Shown here piece after piece: positions 1 to 8,671 of a stretch of DNA of 32,000 nucleotides. The stretch covers positions 810,001 to 842,000 of the forward strand of contig NC_014729.1 in the NCBI RefSeq assembly GCF_000172995.2. Direction: 5' to 3'. Source of the stretch: Halogeometricum borinquense DSM 11551. Its GTDB lineage: Archaea; Halobacteriota; Halobacteria; Halobacteriales; Haloferacaceae. Every line of letters starts with the position of its first letter. Position 1 is the first letter of the stretch. Under the pieces are notes generated by a model that made no database searches, was not told the DNA's origin, and saw only the letters and a program-made list of their open reading frames with translations. The translations under genes and the position numbers were made by a program.

Positions 1-751
1 CTTCTGGAGACAGTTCGAGAAAATCACCGGTTTGGAGATTATGTGGTCCACCGTGATCCAGCAAGCGGAGCGTCGTCGCACCCATCACTAGCGCGAGTTC
101 ATTCAGATCGATGCCATGCATCGTAGCCAGCGATGCATCCGATGAGAGCTTGAGTTTGCGTTTATACGCAGGTGCAGACAGCGCCCCTGCACCCACCCCT
201 GGATCGAGAACCGTATCAGTACTCTCCTGAACACACCAAGTCGCCATAATATCCGCTATCTCGGGTGGTGTTCGGAATTGGCCGAGTTTCCGCCGCGATT
301 CTTGAGGAGTGATTTGCTCAAACAGTTTCCCAATTGTTTCTGCCGGATTATCCGAATTCAGTAGATACTGTCGTGCATCAAGAACGCTGGAAAGATCCTC
401 TGCTGATGTGATCCACGCAAGTTCATCAAGCAAATACTCGGTGAATGCGATGTCTCCTGTCGACTCCCTAGCGGTCTGAAATGCCTCGCGTGCGTCTGAC
501 GCATCAAGTTCGTTGAAGCTAGTGTTGGGCGTATTTTTTTGGTAGTGCTCGTAGAGTGTAGATTTCAGCAGTAAGTTTAGCGATGCCTGCCGTGCCAAAA
601 CCTTGAGGGGCTCGTCCAGCCGAGTAAGACCATGGAGATCTACCCAAGAATCAATGTCATTCTGAAGCCGCGGTGGGGCATCAGTGATTGCAGTGTAGAT
701 CTGCTCTCCTGTATCTTCAATGGCAGATAGCAGGGTTACAGCTTTATTCAT
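1..751 (-). CDS. N6-adenine DNA methyltransferase (gamma-class, type II/IIG-like). Only the N-terminal 250 aa are present and the gene runs off the left edge.
   Basis: I translated the minus strand by hand from ATG (rc of 749-751): MNKAVTLLSAIEDTGEQ...GKLFEQITPQESRRKLGQFRTPPEIADIMATWCVQESTDTVLDPGVGAGALSAP...HGIDLNELALVMG. The frame is open to position 1. It contains an FRTP(P)EI motif followed by LDPGxGxGA, a SAM-binding motif I. It is missing from the ORF track because no stop falls inside the window. Confidence 0.75.
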   Translation of the reverse strand, partial: MNKAVTLLSAIEDTGEQIYTAITDAPPRLQNDIDSWVDLHGLTRLDEPLKVLARQASLNLLLKSTLYEHYQKNTPNTSFNELDASDAREAFQTARESTGDIAFTEYLLDELAWITSAEDLSSVLDARQYLLNSDNPAETIGKLFEQITPQESRRKLGQFRTPPEIADIMATWCVQESTDTVLDPGVGAGALSAPAYKRKLKLSSDASLATMHGIDLNELALVMGATTLRLLDHGGPHNLQTGDFLELSPE

Positions 752-933
752 TCGTTCTCTGTGTCCGTTGGCCCGTTTTCGTAGATATCGAGAATGCGGT
801 TGATGAGGTCATCGAAACTTTCGCCCATATTCCCGTGGCTTTGGAGTCGGTCGTAGGTAGACTCGTAAACTTTGATTGATTTGTATTTCTCTCGCTCGTC
901 GTCGCTACCCATGTTGTCGGGATACTCTCCCAA
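748..933 (-). CDS. Small acidic ribbon-helix-helix-like protein (61 aa), a candidate controller of the restriction-modification operon
   Basis: The ORF track gives MGEYPDNMGSDDEREKYKSIKVYESTYDRLQSHGNMGESFDDLINRILDIYENGPTDTENE. The pattern KSIKVYESTYDRL (beta strand) then GESFDDLINRIL (helix) resembles short archaeal RHH/antitoxin-like proteins. Its stop TGA overlaps the methylase ATG (ATGA at 748-751). Confidence 0.5.
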   Translation of the reverse strand: MGEYPDNMGSDDEREKYKSIKVYESTYDRLQSHGNMGESFDDLINRILDIYENGPTDTENE

Positions 934-1103
934 CCGCCCTTGAACTTTGGTAGTTCTACCACATACATATAATAAGACGTATGAATTCCACTAGTTCTAC
1001 TATGTAGAAATAGATGTCGGCCTGCAACCCACTAGTAGAATTATTCTACTAAGTATATTAATTACACGGTATGTATATAATACAACAATCTCACGCCTAG
1101 CCT
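934..1103. promoter_or_regulatory. Divergent AT-rich promoter/operator region of the restriction-modification island
   Basis: TATA-like tatataat at 1074-1081 lies about 25 nt upstream of the GTG at 1104. TATA-like ttattatatg (minus strand) lies at about 963-975, upstream of the ATG at 933. The repeated motif appears as TAGTTCTAC at 951-959, CTAGTTCTACtatGTAGAA at 991-1009 (palindrome TTCTAC-N3-GTAGAA at 995-1009), and a perfect 19-bp palindrome TAGTAGAATtATTCTACTA at 1033-1051. Confidence 0.5.
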
Positions 1104-2054
1104 GTGCTAACTGATCCAAGCAAGATAGATCAGGTTGCAGAACAAAGTCAGCAGATAGAGGAGGATATCTTCCTGAGCCATATCGGTGAGTTCTATGATC
1201 AGAAAATGAATATCGCCATGGATCTCTATGATGCGGCAGCAGAACATACCAACAACTTCCGAGATATTGAAAAGGAAGATATTCGAGAAGATCCCCGTAT
1301 TGTTCGTATTCTTCGGTATCTAGTGAAGCCGAAAATTAGTCAGATGAAGTTCGGACAGTTCGCCGGAGTTAATTCAACAAACAATTACGAAGAATACACG
1401 CTAGCCGAAGCGAGTACACCAAATCACCAGATTGCACAAGATCTTGCAGATTTCACCGCAGCGAACCTTGATCCAGAGAAGGTACCATGGCTCTCTGACC
1501 CCACTATTGACGAAGAAGAGGAAATTGAATACTCACGCCGGTGGATTTGCGATAAGATTGCAGAACAAGAGGCAACAACCCACTATCGAAACTGGCGGAA
1601 GGATAAACAAGAACAGACGGTAGCAGAAATGCTTGACGACGCAGGCTACACTGATTCTGGTTATTCTGGTAAGATTTCTTCGACTAACGATATTCCTGTA
1701 GGGACCTATGCGGAAGAATCGAAGGTTGCAGGTGCCGATGTTCAGAAAGCCGATTTCATTGTGCGACCGACGGAAGATACGGTTATTTTCATTGAGGCGA
1801 AGGCGATCGGTGTTCGGGTTGATTCGCACAAACGGGTGAAGGAAATTCGGAACAAAGCCTCAGACTGGAAAGACGAATTCGAGGGGGCAGAAACTGTGGC
1901 GGTGATCGAAGGGTGGACAACCGGAGATAAAGTACGAACCATGATGGATGACGATATCGCCGTGTATTGGGAACACAGACTTGAAGAGGATTTCCGTGAA
2001 GATCTGGCCGAGAAACTAAATCAAAATCAACAAAAGGTCCAAAATCAGTCGTAG
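1104..2054 (+). CDS. XamI-family-like PD-(D/E)xK type II restriction endonuclease
   Basis: This is a 316-aa ORF with a GTG start. A nuclease core is visible as KADFIVRP...VIFIEAKA (D...ExK). The overall layout (LRYLVKPKIS, VPWL, RNWRKDKQEQTV, IAVYWEHRLEED) matches my recollection of XamI-family enzymes. It is divergent from an N6-methylase. Confidence 0.6.
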   Translation: MLTDPSKIDQVAEQSQQIEEDIFLSHIGEFYDQKMNIAMDLYDAAAEHTNNFRDIEKEDIREDPRIVRILRYLVKPKISQMKFGQFAGVNSTNNYEEYTLAEASTPNHQIAQDLADFTAANLDPEKVPWLSDPTIDEEEEIEYSRRWICDKIAEQEATTHYRNWRKDKQEQTVAEMLDDAGYTDSGYSGKISSTNDIPVGTYAEESKVAGADVQKADFIVRPTEDTVIFIEAKAIGVRVDSHKRVKEIRNKASDWKDEFEGAETVAVIEGWTTGDKVRTMMDDDIAVYWEHRLEEDFREDLAEKLNQNQQKVQNQS

Positions 2055-2158
2055 CGAGCAATCGGTGCGGTTTGGATATCACTTCGTCTCTATTCGAAGC
2101 GATGTCGGACGAGTAGTGCTCCGCAACCACTAAACACGCTTCGTCCTTCCCTCCGGTA

Positions 2159-3622
2159 ATGGTAGATTGGACGGAGAAGTACCGGCCGTCGACGCTGGCG
2201 GAGGTACGCGGGAACAACAAAGCCCGCGACGCGCTCGCCGAGTGGGGGAAGACGTGGGACGACCACCGCGAGGCAGTCGTTCTCCACGGCGCACCCGGCG
2301 TCGGTAAAACGTCGGCGGCGCACGCGCTCGCCAACGATATGGGGTGGGAGACGGTCGAACTGAACGCCTCAGACCAGCGGACGGCGGACGTTATCGAGCG
2401 GTTCGCCGGTCGCGCCGCGATGAACACCACGCTCGCGGGGGCATCGGCGGGTGACGCCAACGGCGAACGCGAGGGACGGCAGTTGGTGATTATGGACGAG
2501 GCGGACAACATCCACGGTAACTACGACCGGGGCGGCGCGGGCGCTATCACCCGTCTCGTCAAGAAATCGAACCAGCCCATCGTCCTCATCGCCAACGAGT
2601 ACTACGATATGTCGAGCGGACTTCGGAGTGCCACCCGCGAGATCGAGTTCCGTGACGTGTCCGCGCGGTCTATCGTCCCCGTCCTCCGCGATATTCTCCG
2701 CAAAGAGGGAATCGAGTTCGACAGCGACGCTCTCGACAGAATCGCGGAGACGAACAGCGGCGACCTTCGCTCTGCCGTCAAGGACTTGCAGGCGGCGGCC
2801 GACGGGGCAGACCGTCTCACCGTCGAAGACGTGGTGACCGGTTCGCGCGACAAAGCAATCGGCCTGTTCGAGTACATCGACTCGGTACTCAAAGAAGACA
2901 CGGCACAGGACGCCATCCAGTCGGCGTACGCAGTAGACGAGACGCCCGACGATCAGGTGAAATGGATCGAGGACAAGGTGTCGATGGTGTACGACGACGA
3001 CGAACTCGCCCGCGCCTACGAGTTCCTCGCCAACGCTGACGTGTGGTTGGGTCGCGTCATGGCCACACAGGACTACTCCTACTGGCGGTACGCGACCGAT
3101 AACGTGGCCGCAGGTGTCGCCGCCGCTCGGAACCGAACCCGCGGCGGGTGGACGCAGTACGGCGGCGCACCGTACCGTTCTACACGCGACAAGACCCGCG
3201 ATGAGGTCGTTCGCAAAATCGCCGAATCCGGCGGGTTCTCTATGGGAACCGCCCGCCGCAACGTACTCCCGTTCCTTTCGACGATAACGCACCACTGCAA
3301 ACCGCGAGACGTGACCGTTGCTATGGCCGCGTGGTACGACTTGGACGAATCGGCCGTCTCCTTCATCACCGGTAGCGGTGAGACGACGAACAAAGTCCAG
3401 TCCATCGTCGAAGACGCCCGCGAGATGCGCGAATCGGAGATGGAAGAACACAGTGGCGGCGCGTTCGAGGGGACGGCTTCCAACGGAGACGGAACTGGGA
3501 ACGACGAAAGCATCGAGAACGATGCCTCGGAAGACGACGTATTGGACGGCGGCGGGAACGACAGTGCAGACGAGGAAGTCGAAGACGACGACAATCAGTC
3601 CGGTCTAGACGACTTCTTCTGA
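2159..3622 (+). CDS. rfcL: Replication factor C large subunit
   Basis: The N-terminus reads WTEKYRPSTLAEVRGNNKA...VLHGAPGVGKTSAAHALA (Walker A), followed by a DEADN box. There is an acidic C-terminal tail ending in QSGLDDFF, a canonical Qxx[LIM]xxFF PCNA-interacting (PIP) box. Confidence 0.9.
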   Translation: MVDWTEKYRPSTLAEVRGNNKARDALAEWGKTWDDHREAVVLHGAPGVGKTSAAHALANDMGWETVELNASDQRTADVIERFAGRAAMNTTLAGASAGDANGEREGRQLVIMDEADNIHGNYDRGGAGAITRLVKKSNQPIVLIANEYYDMSSGLRSATREIEFRDVSARSIVPVLRDILRKEGIEFDSDALDRIAETNSGDLRSAVKDLQAAADGADRLTVEDVVTGSRDKAIGLFEYIDSVLKEDTAQDAIQSAYAVDETPDDQVKWIEDKVSMVYDDDELARAYEFLANADVWLGRVMATQDYSYWRYATDNVAAGVAAARNRTRGGWTQYGGAPYRSTRDKTRDEVVRKIAESGGFSMGTARRNVLPFLSTITHHCKPRDVTVAMAAWYDLDESAVSFITGSGETTNKVQSIVEDAREMRESEMEEHSGGAFEGTASNGDGTGNDESIENDASEDDVLDGGGNDSADEEVEDDDNQSGLDDFF

Positions 3623-3630
3623 CGTTAACA

Positions 3631-3650
3631 CGCTTTTTTGGTTGTTTTCC
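3631..3650 (+). terminator. Oligo-T terminator region between convergent genes
   Basis: The sequence cgcTTTTTTggttgTTTTcc lies directly after the rfcL stop. A CCGGG-N11-CCCGG hairpin follows and could serve the convergent ABC operon. Confidence 0.45.
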
Positions 3651-3719
3651 AGCTACCGATCGATGAACAGCGATCCGGGCAAAAACAGCACCCGGAAGAG
3701 CGAGTCTCGTTCAGCGCGC

Positions 3720-4451
3720 TTAGAGTAGTTTCGAGAGGAACTGCTCGCCGCGTTCCGTTTCGGGGTTCTCGAAGAACTGCTCAGGGGCACTGGACTCGAC
3801 AACTCGTCCGTCGGCCATGAGGACGATTCGGTCACCGACTTCGCGGGCGAAGCCCATCTCGTGGGTGACGACCATCATGGTCATCCCTTCGTCGGCCAGC
3901 GTCCCCATCACTTCGAGCACTTCCCCGACGAGTTCGGGGTCGAGCGCGCTTGTCACTTCGTCGAACAGCATCACCTTCGGATCCATCGCTAGCGCACGGG
4001 CGATAGCGACGCGCTGTTGTTGTCCCCCCGAGAGCTGATTCGGATAGGAGTTCATCTGCGCGCCGAGACCGACGCGTTCGAGCAGTTCTTCACCGCGCGC
4101 TCGGGCCTCGTTGGCGTCGAGGCCGCGAACTTTCCGGGGCGCGAGCGTCACGTTCTCGAGCGCTGTCTTGTGTGGGAACAGGTTGAACGATTGGAACACC
4201 ATCCCGATTCGCTGACGCAGGAAGTTCACGTCGGCGTTGGGATCTGACAGCGGAATGCCGTCGAGTCGAATCTCGCCGCCCTGAATCTCTTCGAGTCGGT
4301 TCGCACATCGGAGGAGCGTCGACTTACCGGACCCGGACGGGCCGACGACAACACACACCTCAGTCTCCTCGATATCCAGCGAGACGTTCTTCAGCACGTG
4401 CGTCTCGCCGAAGTATTTGTCAACCTCGTCGAATTCAAGCAGGTGACTCAA
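3720..4451 (-). CDS. Polar amino-acid ABC transporter ATP-binding protein
   Basis: Walker A GPSGSGKST, signature LSGGQQQRVAIARAL and Walker B MLFDEVTSALD are present, giving a GlnQ/HisP-like architecture. The start appears to be TTG, overlapping the permease stop (TTGA at 4448-4451). Confidence 0.9.
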   Translation of the reverse strand: MSHLLEFDEVDKYFGETHVLKNVSLDIEETEVCVVVGPSGSGKSTLLRCANRLEEIQGGEIRLDGIPLSDPNADVNFLRQRIGMVFQSFNLFPHKTALENVTLAPRKVRGLDANEARARGEELLERVGLGAQMNSYPNQLSGGQQQRVAIARALAMDPKVMLFDEVTSALDPELVGEVLEVMGTLADEGMTMMVVTHEMGFAREVGDRIVLMADGRVVESSAPEQFFENPETERGEQFLSKLL

Positions 4452-5281
4452 TGTCCGTCACCTCCCCAGTCCGAGCGGTTTTCGAGGTGGTCCACGAGTT
4501 TCCCCAACGGAATCGTGATCGAGAGGTAGGCGATAGCGACGATGACTAACGGCGTCCACGGATCGAACACCGCGGAGTTCACGTCGCGGAACTGCTGGAT
4601 GAGTTCGGGAAGTGCGATAACGGTCATGAGAGAGGTGTCCTTCACGAGGATGACTTGGTCGTTACCGATAGCGGCGAGCGCGTTGCGCCACGCCTGCGGG
4701 AGGATGACCTCACGCATCGACTGGATGTACGACATGCCGAGCGAGCGCGCCGCTTCCATCTGTCCTTCGGGGACGGAATTAATTCCGCCACGGACCGCCT
4801 CACCGACGTACGCAGCGTGGTTGAGCGTGAGCGCGATGATGGCAGTGGGGAACTCCCAGTCTTGGATGGGGAACGTCCCCGGCCACAGTGCCGGGATACC
4901 GAAGTAGATGACGAATATCTGGAACAGGAGGGGGGTTCCACGGAAAAACTGGATGTACGACTGAGCGATACCACTCGTCAGAGAGGTCTTCGAGACGCGG
5001 GCGAGGCCGACAAAGATGCCTGCGCTCACAGAGAGGATGCTGCCGAGGACGACGACCTTGAGCACGAGGATGTAGGCGTCCACGAACTGCGGCAACACCG
5101 TCTGCATCAACTCGAAGCTGACCTGCGTGGCGATGATGTAGGCGACGAGTCCGAGGATGCCGAGCGCAAACAATGCCGAAAGGCTCGCACCGAGGTATTT
5201 CAGCGTCTCGTCGTTGAGAACGGTGTTTCGATCCCGTGAAGCGTCAGTTTCTGACGACGCCCCTGAGTATGAATCTGCCAT
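4448..5281 (-). CDS. Amino-acid ABC transporter permease (HisM/GlnP family)
   Basis: The protein is multi-TM and carries the EAA-like loop EAARSLGMSYIQSMREVILPQA. It is in an operon with the ATPase and the binding protein. Confidence 0.85.
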   Translation of the reverse strand: MADSYSGASSETDASRDRNTVLNDETLKYLGASLSALFALGILGLVAYIIATQVSFELMQTVLPQFVDAYILVLKVVVLGSILSVSAGIFVGLARVSKTSLTSGIAQSYIQFFRGTPLLFQIFVIYFGIPALWPGTFPIQDWEFPTAIIALTLNHAAYVGEAVRGGINSVPEGQMEAARSLGMSYIQSMREVILPQAWRNALAAIGNDQVILVKDTSLMTVIALPELIQQFRDVNSAVFDPWTPLVIVAIAYLSITIPLGKLVDHLENRSDWGGDGH

Positions 5282-5327
5282 TGTGGGTCCAGATAACGTG
5301 AAACGTGGTTAAAGAGCGATGGGGTGG

Positions 5328-6230
5328 TTACCCGGAGAAGTACGTCGAGTAGATCTCGTCGTACGTCCCGTTTTCTTTGACGGCGGCCAGTGCCTCGTTC
5401 ACTTTCTTCCGGAATTCATCGTCCGCCTTACGGAATCCGATGCCGTAGTTTTCGACGGTGAGCGTGAGGTACGGCGGCGCGTTCTCCCCCTCCGCTGCGG
5501 CCGCCCCTTCGCCTTCGAGGAACACCACGTCGTCCCGTTTGTCGGCGAACTCGGAGTTGACCGTGTTGTCGTTGACGATGGCGTCAATCTGCCCGTTGAT
5601 GAGCGCCTGGAACGCGCTCGGAATCTGGTCGTACTTTTTCAGCGTCAGATCGCCATCGAACTCCGTTTTGAGTTCTTCTGCGGCGCTCGCGCCGGTCGTC
5701 CCCTTCTGAACACCGATTGTTGCCCCCTTCAGATCTTCCTTCGAGGAGATCGAGCTGTCCTTCTTGATGATGACCGTCTGGTAGGCCGTAAAGTACGGCT
5801 CCGAGAAGTCCACCTTCTCCTTGCGCTTCTCGTTGATCGTCATCGCGGACATGATGATGCGGAACCGCCCGGAGTTCAGCGAGGGAATAATGGAGTCGAA
5901 CGAGGTCTTTTTGAACTCGTATTCGACGCCGAGTTCCTCTTCGAAGACCGCTTGAGCAATCTCCACGTCGAATCCTTTCAGTTCGCCGGAGGTCGTCTCG
6001 TATTCGAACGGACGGTACGGAATGTCCGACCCGATGACGACTTTCGAGGGGACGACGGACTCCTCGCTCTCCGTCTGTTCGCCGGTTGTCTCACCGCTGG
6101 TACTCTCGGTATCAGCAGATGCGTCCGTTTCGGTTTCGTCGCTCCCACCGTTCCCACCGCCAGTACATCCTGCAATGAGGCCGCCGGCAACGACGCCGGC
6201 ACCCGTCTTCAGGTAGGTACGTCTATCCAT
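5328..6230 (-). CDS. Amino-acid ABC transporter substrate-binding lipoprotein (Tat signal plus lipobox)
   Basis: I placed the start at the internal ATG (rc of 6228-6230), giving MDRRTYLKTGAGVVAGGLIAGC. This contains a twin-arginine motif and an AGC lipobox, followed by an acidic Thr/Ser/Glu linker and a family-3 SBP fold (SAMTINEKRKEKVDFSEPY). Confidence 0.85.
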   Translation of the reverse strand: MDRRTYLKTGAGVVAGGLIAGCTGGGNGGSDETETDASADTESTSGETTGEQTESEESVVPSKVVIGSDIPYRPFEYETTSGELKGFDVEIAQAVFEEELGVEYEFKKTSFDSIIPSLNSGRFRIIMSAMTINEKRKEKVDFSEPYFTAYQTVIIKKDSSISSKEDLKGATIGVQKGTTGASAAEELKTEFDGDLTLKKYDQIPSAFQALINGQIDAIVNDNTVNSEFADKRDDVVFLEGEGAAAAEGENAPPYLTLTVENYGIGFRKADDEFRKKVNEALAAVKENGTYDEIYSTYFSG

Positions 6231-6487
6231 AACACCCCACTGTAGCCAATGGGGGTATAACATATCTTCGGTTTTGAGAACTCTTAGCATTCGAGAACGT
6301 TGTGGGATGAGAACGAAACCCAAAACGTGCCGTTCGACGCCGAACTGCGGGGTAAAACAGCCGTTTTGTGTGAAGAATTGTGGTCGGAATTGCGCGATGT
6401 GTCGGCTCTCGCAGTCGAGAAATTGCTCAAAAACGAGTAGTTATTTAGGGATCTGTAGGCCGTCGTCGTGGTCTTCGACGACTGCCG

Positions 6488-7312
6488 TCAGTCGCTTCCG
6501 CCCGGGATGCTGCGAGACTGTTGTACCGACCGGCTACGGAGTGTGTAGGCCGCGGCCGCGACGAGACCGAAGGCGACGACGGTTCCACCGACCGAGACGT
6601 ACTGGAGCGTGCCGCCGTACACCTGCCGGCCGAGGACGAGAAGCGAGACGAGTATGAGAGCAGCCCCACCGGTGGCGAGACGGACGCGGTCGAGACCGTC
6701 GGCGTCGGTTGCGCCCAGCCAGACCGTCGCTGCGACGAGTGAGCCGTACACGACCAGCCCGAGCGTGTAGTAGATGGCCTGCACGTTCGCGCCGAACGAG
6801 ACGAACATGTGTGGAGACAACACGACGAGAGCGACGACGCCAGCAGCGAGCACTCCCATCATGCGTCGAATTTCAGCGACGGCGGGCGTCTCGAAGGACC
6901 ACGCGGCGGCGAGGACAACGCCGGTGAAGATGGTCGAGGCCGTGATGAAGTGCGCCGAGAGGATGAGCCATTCGTACGTCGTGACCGTCAGCGCACCGAG
7001 AATTATCTGCGAGGGGAGGAGGACGGTGGCAACGGCGAGTGCGCGGCGAACGCGGCGGTCGGCACCTGTACGCCACGTTTGAATCGTCGTCCCGAGGATG
7101 AGAAAGCCGACGAGCATCGCCACGAGTCGGTGGAACCACTCGATGAAACTGCTCCAGTTTGCGGGAAACAGTCCCAAGAAGCCGTCACAGAAGGGCCACC
7201 GACCGGCGCACGTCAATCCTGCACCGGCCGCGGCGGTGTACACCCCGAGAACCATCAGAAACCCCGTCAGCGGGACGGTAAGCGCCACGAGGCGTCGGAG
7301 GCGAGCGTTCAT
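6488..7312 (-). CDS. ctaA: Heme A synthase (COX15/CtaA family)
   Basis: I placed the start at the internal ATG (rc of 7310-7312), giving MNARLRRLVALTVPLTGFLMVLGVYTAAAGAGLTCAGRWPFCDG...IEWFHRLVAM. The Cys pair and His are typical of CtaA, and the rest is polytopic. The upstream 212 codons of the tracked ORF overlap the divergent M24 gene and are Arg-rich nonsense. Confidence 0.75.
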   Translation of the reverse strand: MNARLRRLVALTVPLTGFLMVLGVYTAAAGAGLTCAGRWPFCDGFLGLFPANWSSFIEWFHRLVAMLVGFLILGTTIQTWRTGADRRVRRALAVATVLLPSQIILGALTVTTYEWLILSAHFITASTIFTGVVLAAAWSFETPAVAEIRRMMGVLAAGVVALVVLSPHMFVSFGANVQAIYYTLGLVVYGSLVAATVWLGATDADGLDRVRLATGGAALILVSLLVLGRQVYGGTLQYVSVGGTVVAFGLVAAAAYTLRSRSVQQSRSIPGGSD

Positions 7313-7447
7313 GTTCCCTCGTCGGGGTCGAATCCACTTCAATGGCTCTCTCTGCCGACGGGCGAACCACTCTCCACCCTCGATACCTTTTCGGGCGACA
7401 CGATTTCCATCGAAACGTTTCAAGTTCGCGCGCGGTAACCCACGCAC

Positions 7448-8575
7448 ATGACCGACGAGGACGACACCGTCACGAGGCATCTCGACAACCGACGTGAACG
7501 ACTCGACGAGTATCTCGACCGCGAGGGCCTCGATGCGGTCTGGTTCGCTCGTCCCAACTCCTTTTCGTGGCTCACCGGCGGAAGCAACGTCATTTCCCGC
7601 GACGCGGACGTGGGTGTCGCCGCCGCGGGTTACGACCGGGACGACGGATGGGTCGTTATCACCGACAACATCGAAGCACAGCGACTCGCCGACGAAGAAC
7701 TTCCTGACGAATTCACTGTCGAAGAGACGGCGTGGTACGAATCGTCGTTGGCGGACGCTGTCGCCGACCGGACGACCGGGAGCGCCGCGGCGGATTTCGA
7801 CGTCCCGGGACTGGCGTCTGTGAACGCGTCGGCGCTCAGACAACCGCTTTCGGAGACGGATATCGAACGGTACCGCGAACTGGGGCGTGAAACGGCCGAC
7901 GCCGTCGAGCGGGTTGCACGCGAACTCGAACCCGAGGATACCGAACACGAAGTCGCCGCCGCCCTCAAAATTTCGTTGTCAACGCGAGGCATCAATGCGC
8001 CCGTCGTCCTCGCTGGCGGCTCCGAACGCGCCCAGAAGTATCGTCACTTCACGCCGACGTTCACCGAGTTGGGTGACTACGCCATCCTTTCGGTGACAGC
8101 CGAACGCGGCGGTCTGTACGCGAGTACGACCCGAACCGTCGCCTTCGACCCGCCGGAATGGCTGTCCGAACGGCACTCACAAGCGATGCAGGTCGAGACG
8201 AGCGCACTGGCGGCAACGCAAGCCGTCTCCCGACTGAACGGGACGGCCAGCAGTGTCTTCGACAACATCATGGCGGCGTACGAACACCTCGGCATCCCCG
8301 AGGAGTGGCGCGAGCACCACCAAGGCGGGGCCGCGGGGTACGCCGGACGCGAGTGGTTCGCCTCACCGGATACCGAACGCCCGGTAGAGACGCCGATGGC
8401 CTACGCATACAACCCGACGGTACAGGGTGCAAAGTCGGAAGACACCGTTCTCGTCACCGAGGATGACGCCGAAGTGTTGACGACGACAGGTGAGTGGCCA
8501 ACCCGTCCGATCCGCGGCTGGGATCACGAATTTGCTATCGAACGACACGAGATTCTGCATCTCTCTTCCGAGTAG
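7448..8575 (+). CDS. M24-family metallopeptidase (Xaa-Pro aminopeptidase/creatinase-like)
   Basis: This is a 375-aa acidic protein. The N-terminal domain reads RRERLDEYLDREGLDAVWF...NSFSWLTGG. The C-terminal pita-bread-like region reads HHQGGAAGY...NPTVQGAKSEDTVLVTEDD. Confidence 0.6.
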   Translation: MTDEDDTVTRHLDNRRERLDEYLDREGLDAVWFARPNSFSWLTGGSNVISRDADVGVAAAGYDRDDGWVVITDNIEAQRLADEELPDEFTVEETAWYESSLADAVADRTTGSAAADFDVPGLASVNASALRQPLSETDIERYRELGRETADAVERVARELEPEDTEHEVAAALKISLSTRGINAPVVLAGGSERAQKYRHFTPTFTELGDYAILSVTAERGGLYASTTRTVAFDPPEWLSERHSQAMQVETSALAATQAVSRLNGTASSVFDNIMAAYEHLGIPEEWREHHQGGAAGYAGREWFASPDTERPVETPMAYAYNPTVQGAKSEDTVLVTEDDAEVLTTTGEWPTRPIRGWDHEFAIERHEILHLSSE

Positions 8576-8610
8576 TCTCGATAACTCGTCACCGAGTATT
8601 GTTTCGTCGT

Positions 8611-8646
8611 CTGTCGAAGTGATATTCGACAGTACGGTAGCTTTTT
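8611..8646 (+). terminator. Hairpin plus T5, candidate terminator after the M24 gene
   Basis: CTGTCGAA (8611-8618) pairs with TTCGACAG (8625-8632) around a 6-nt loop. TTTTT follows at 8642-8646. Confidence 0.35.
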
Positions 8647-8671
8647 GAGGATTCCCCCGGTCCCCTTGGGC

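Noticed and set aside
2369-3451. A 360-aa minus-strand ORF inside rfcL, plus similar antisense ORFs at 5319-6245, 9776-10489 and 18708-19772
   Set aside because: All are antisense to genes with strong family motifs, have Arg/Val/Gly-rich low-information composition, and lack motifs of their own.
7313-7948. N-terminal 212 codons of the tracked 486-aa ORF (6488-7948)
   Set aside because: The extension overlaps the divergent M24 peptidase gene and is Arg-rich. The CtaA-like sequence begins at the internal Met at 7312.
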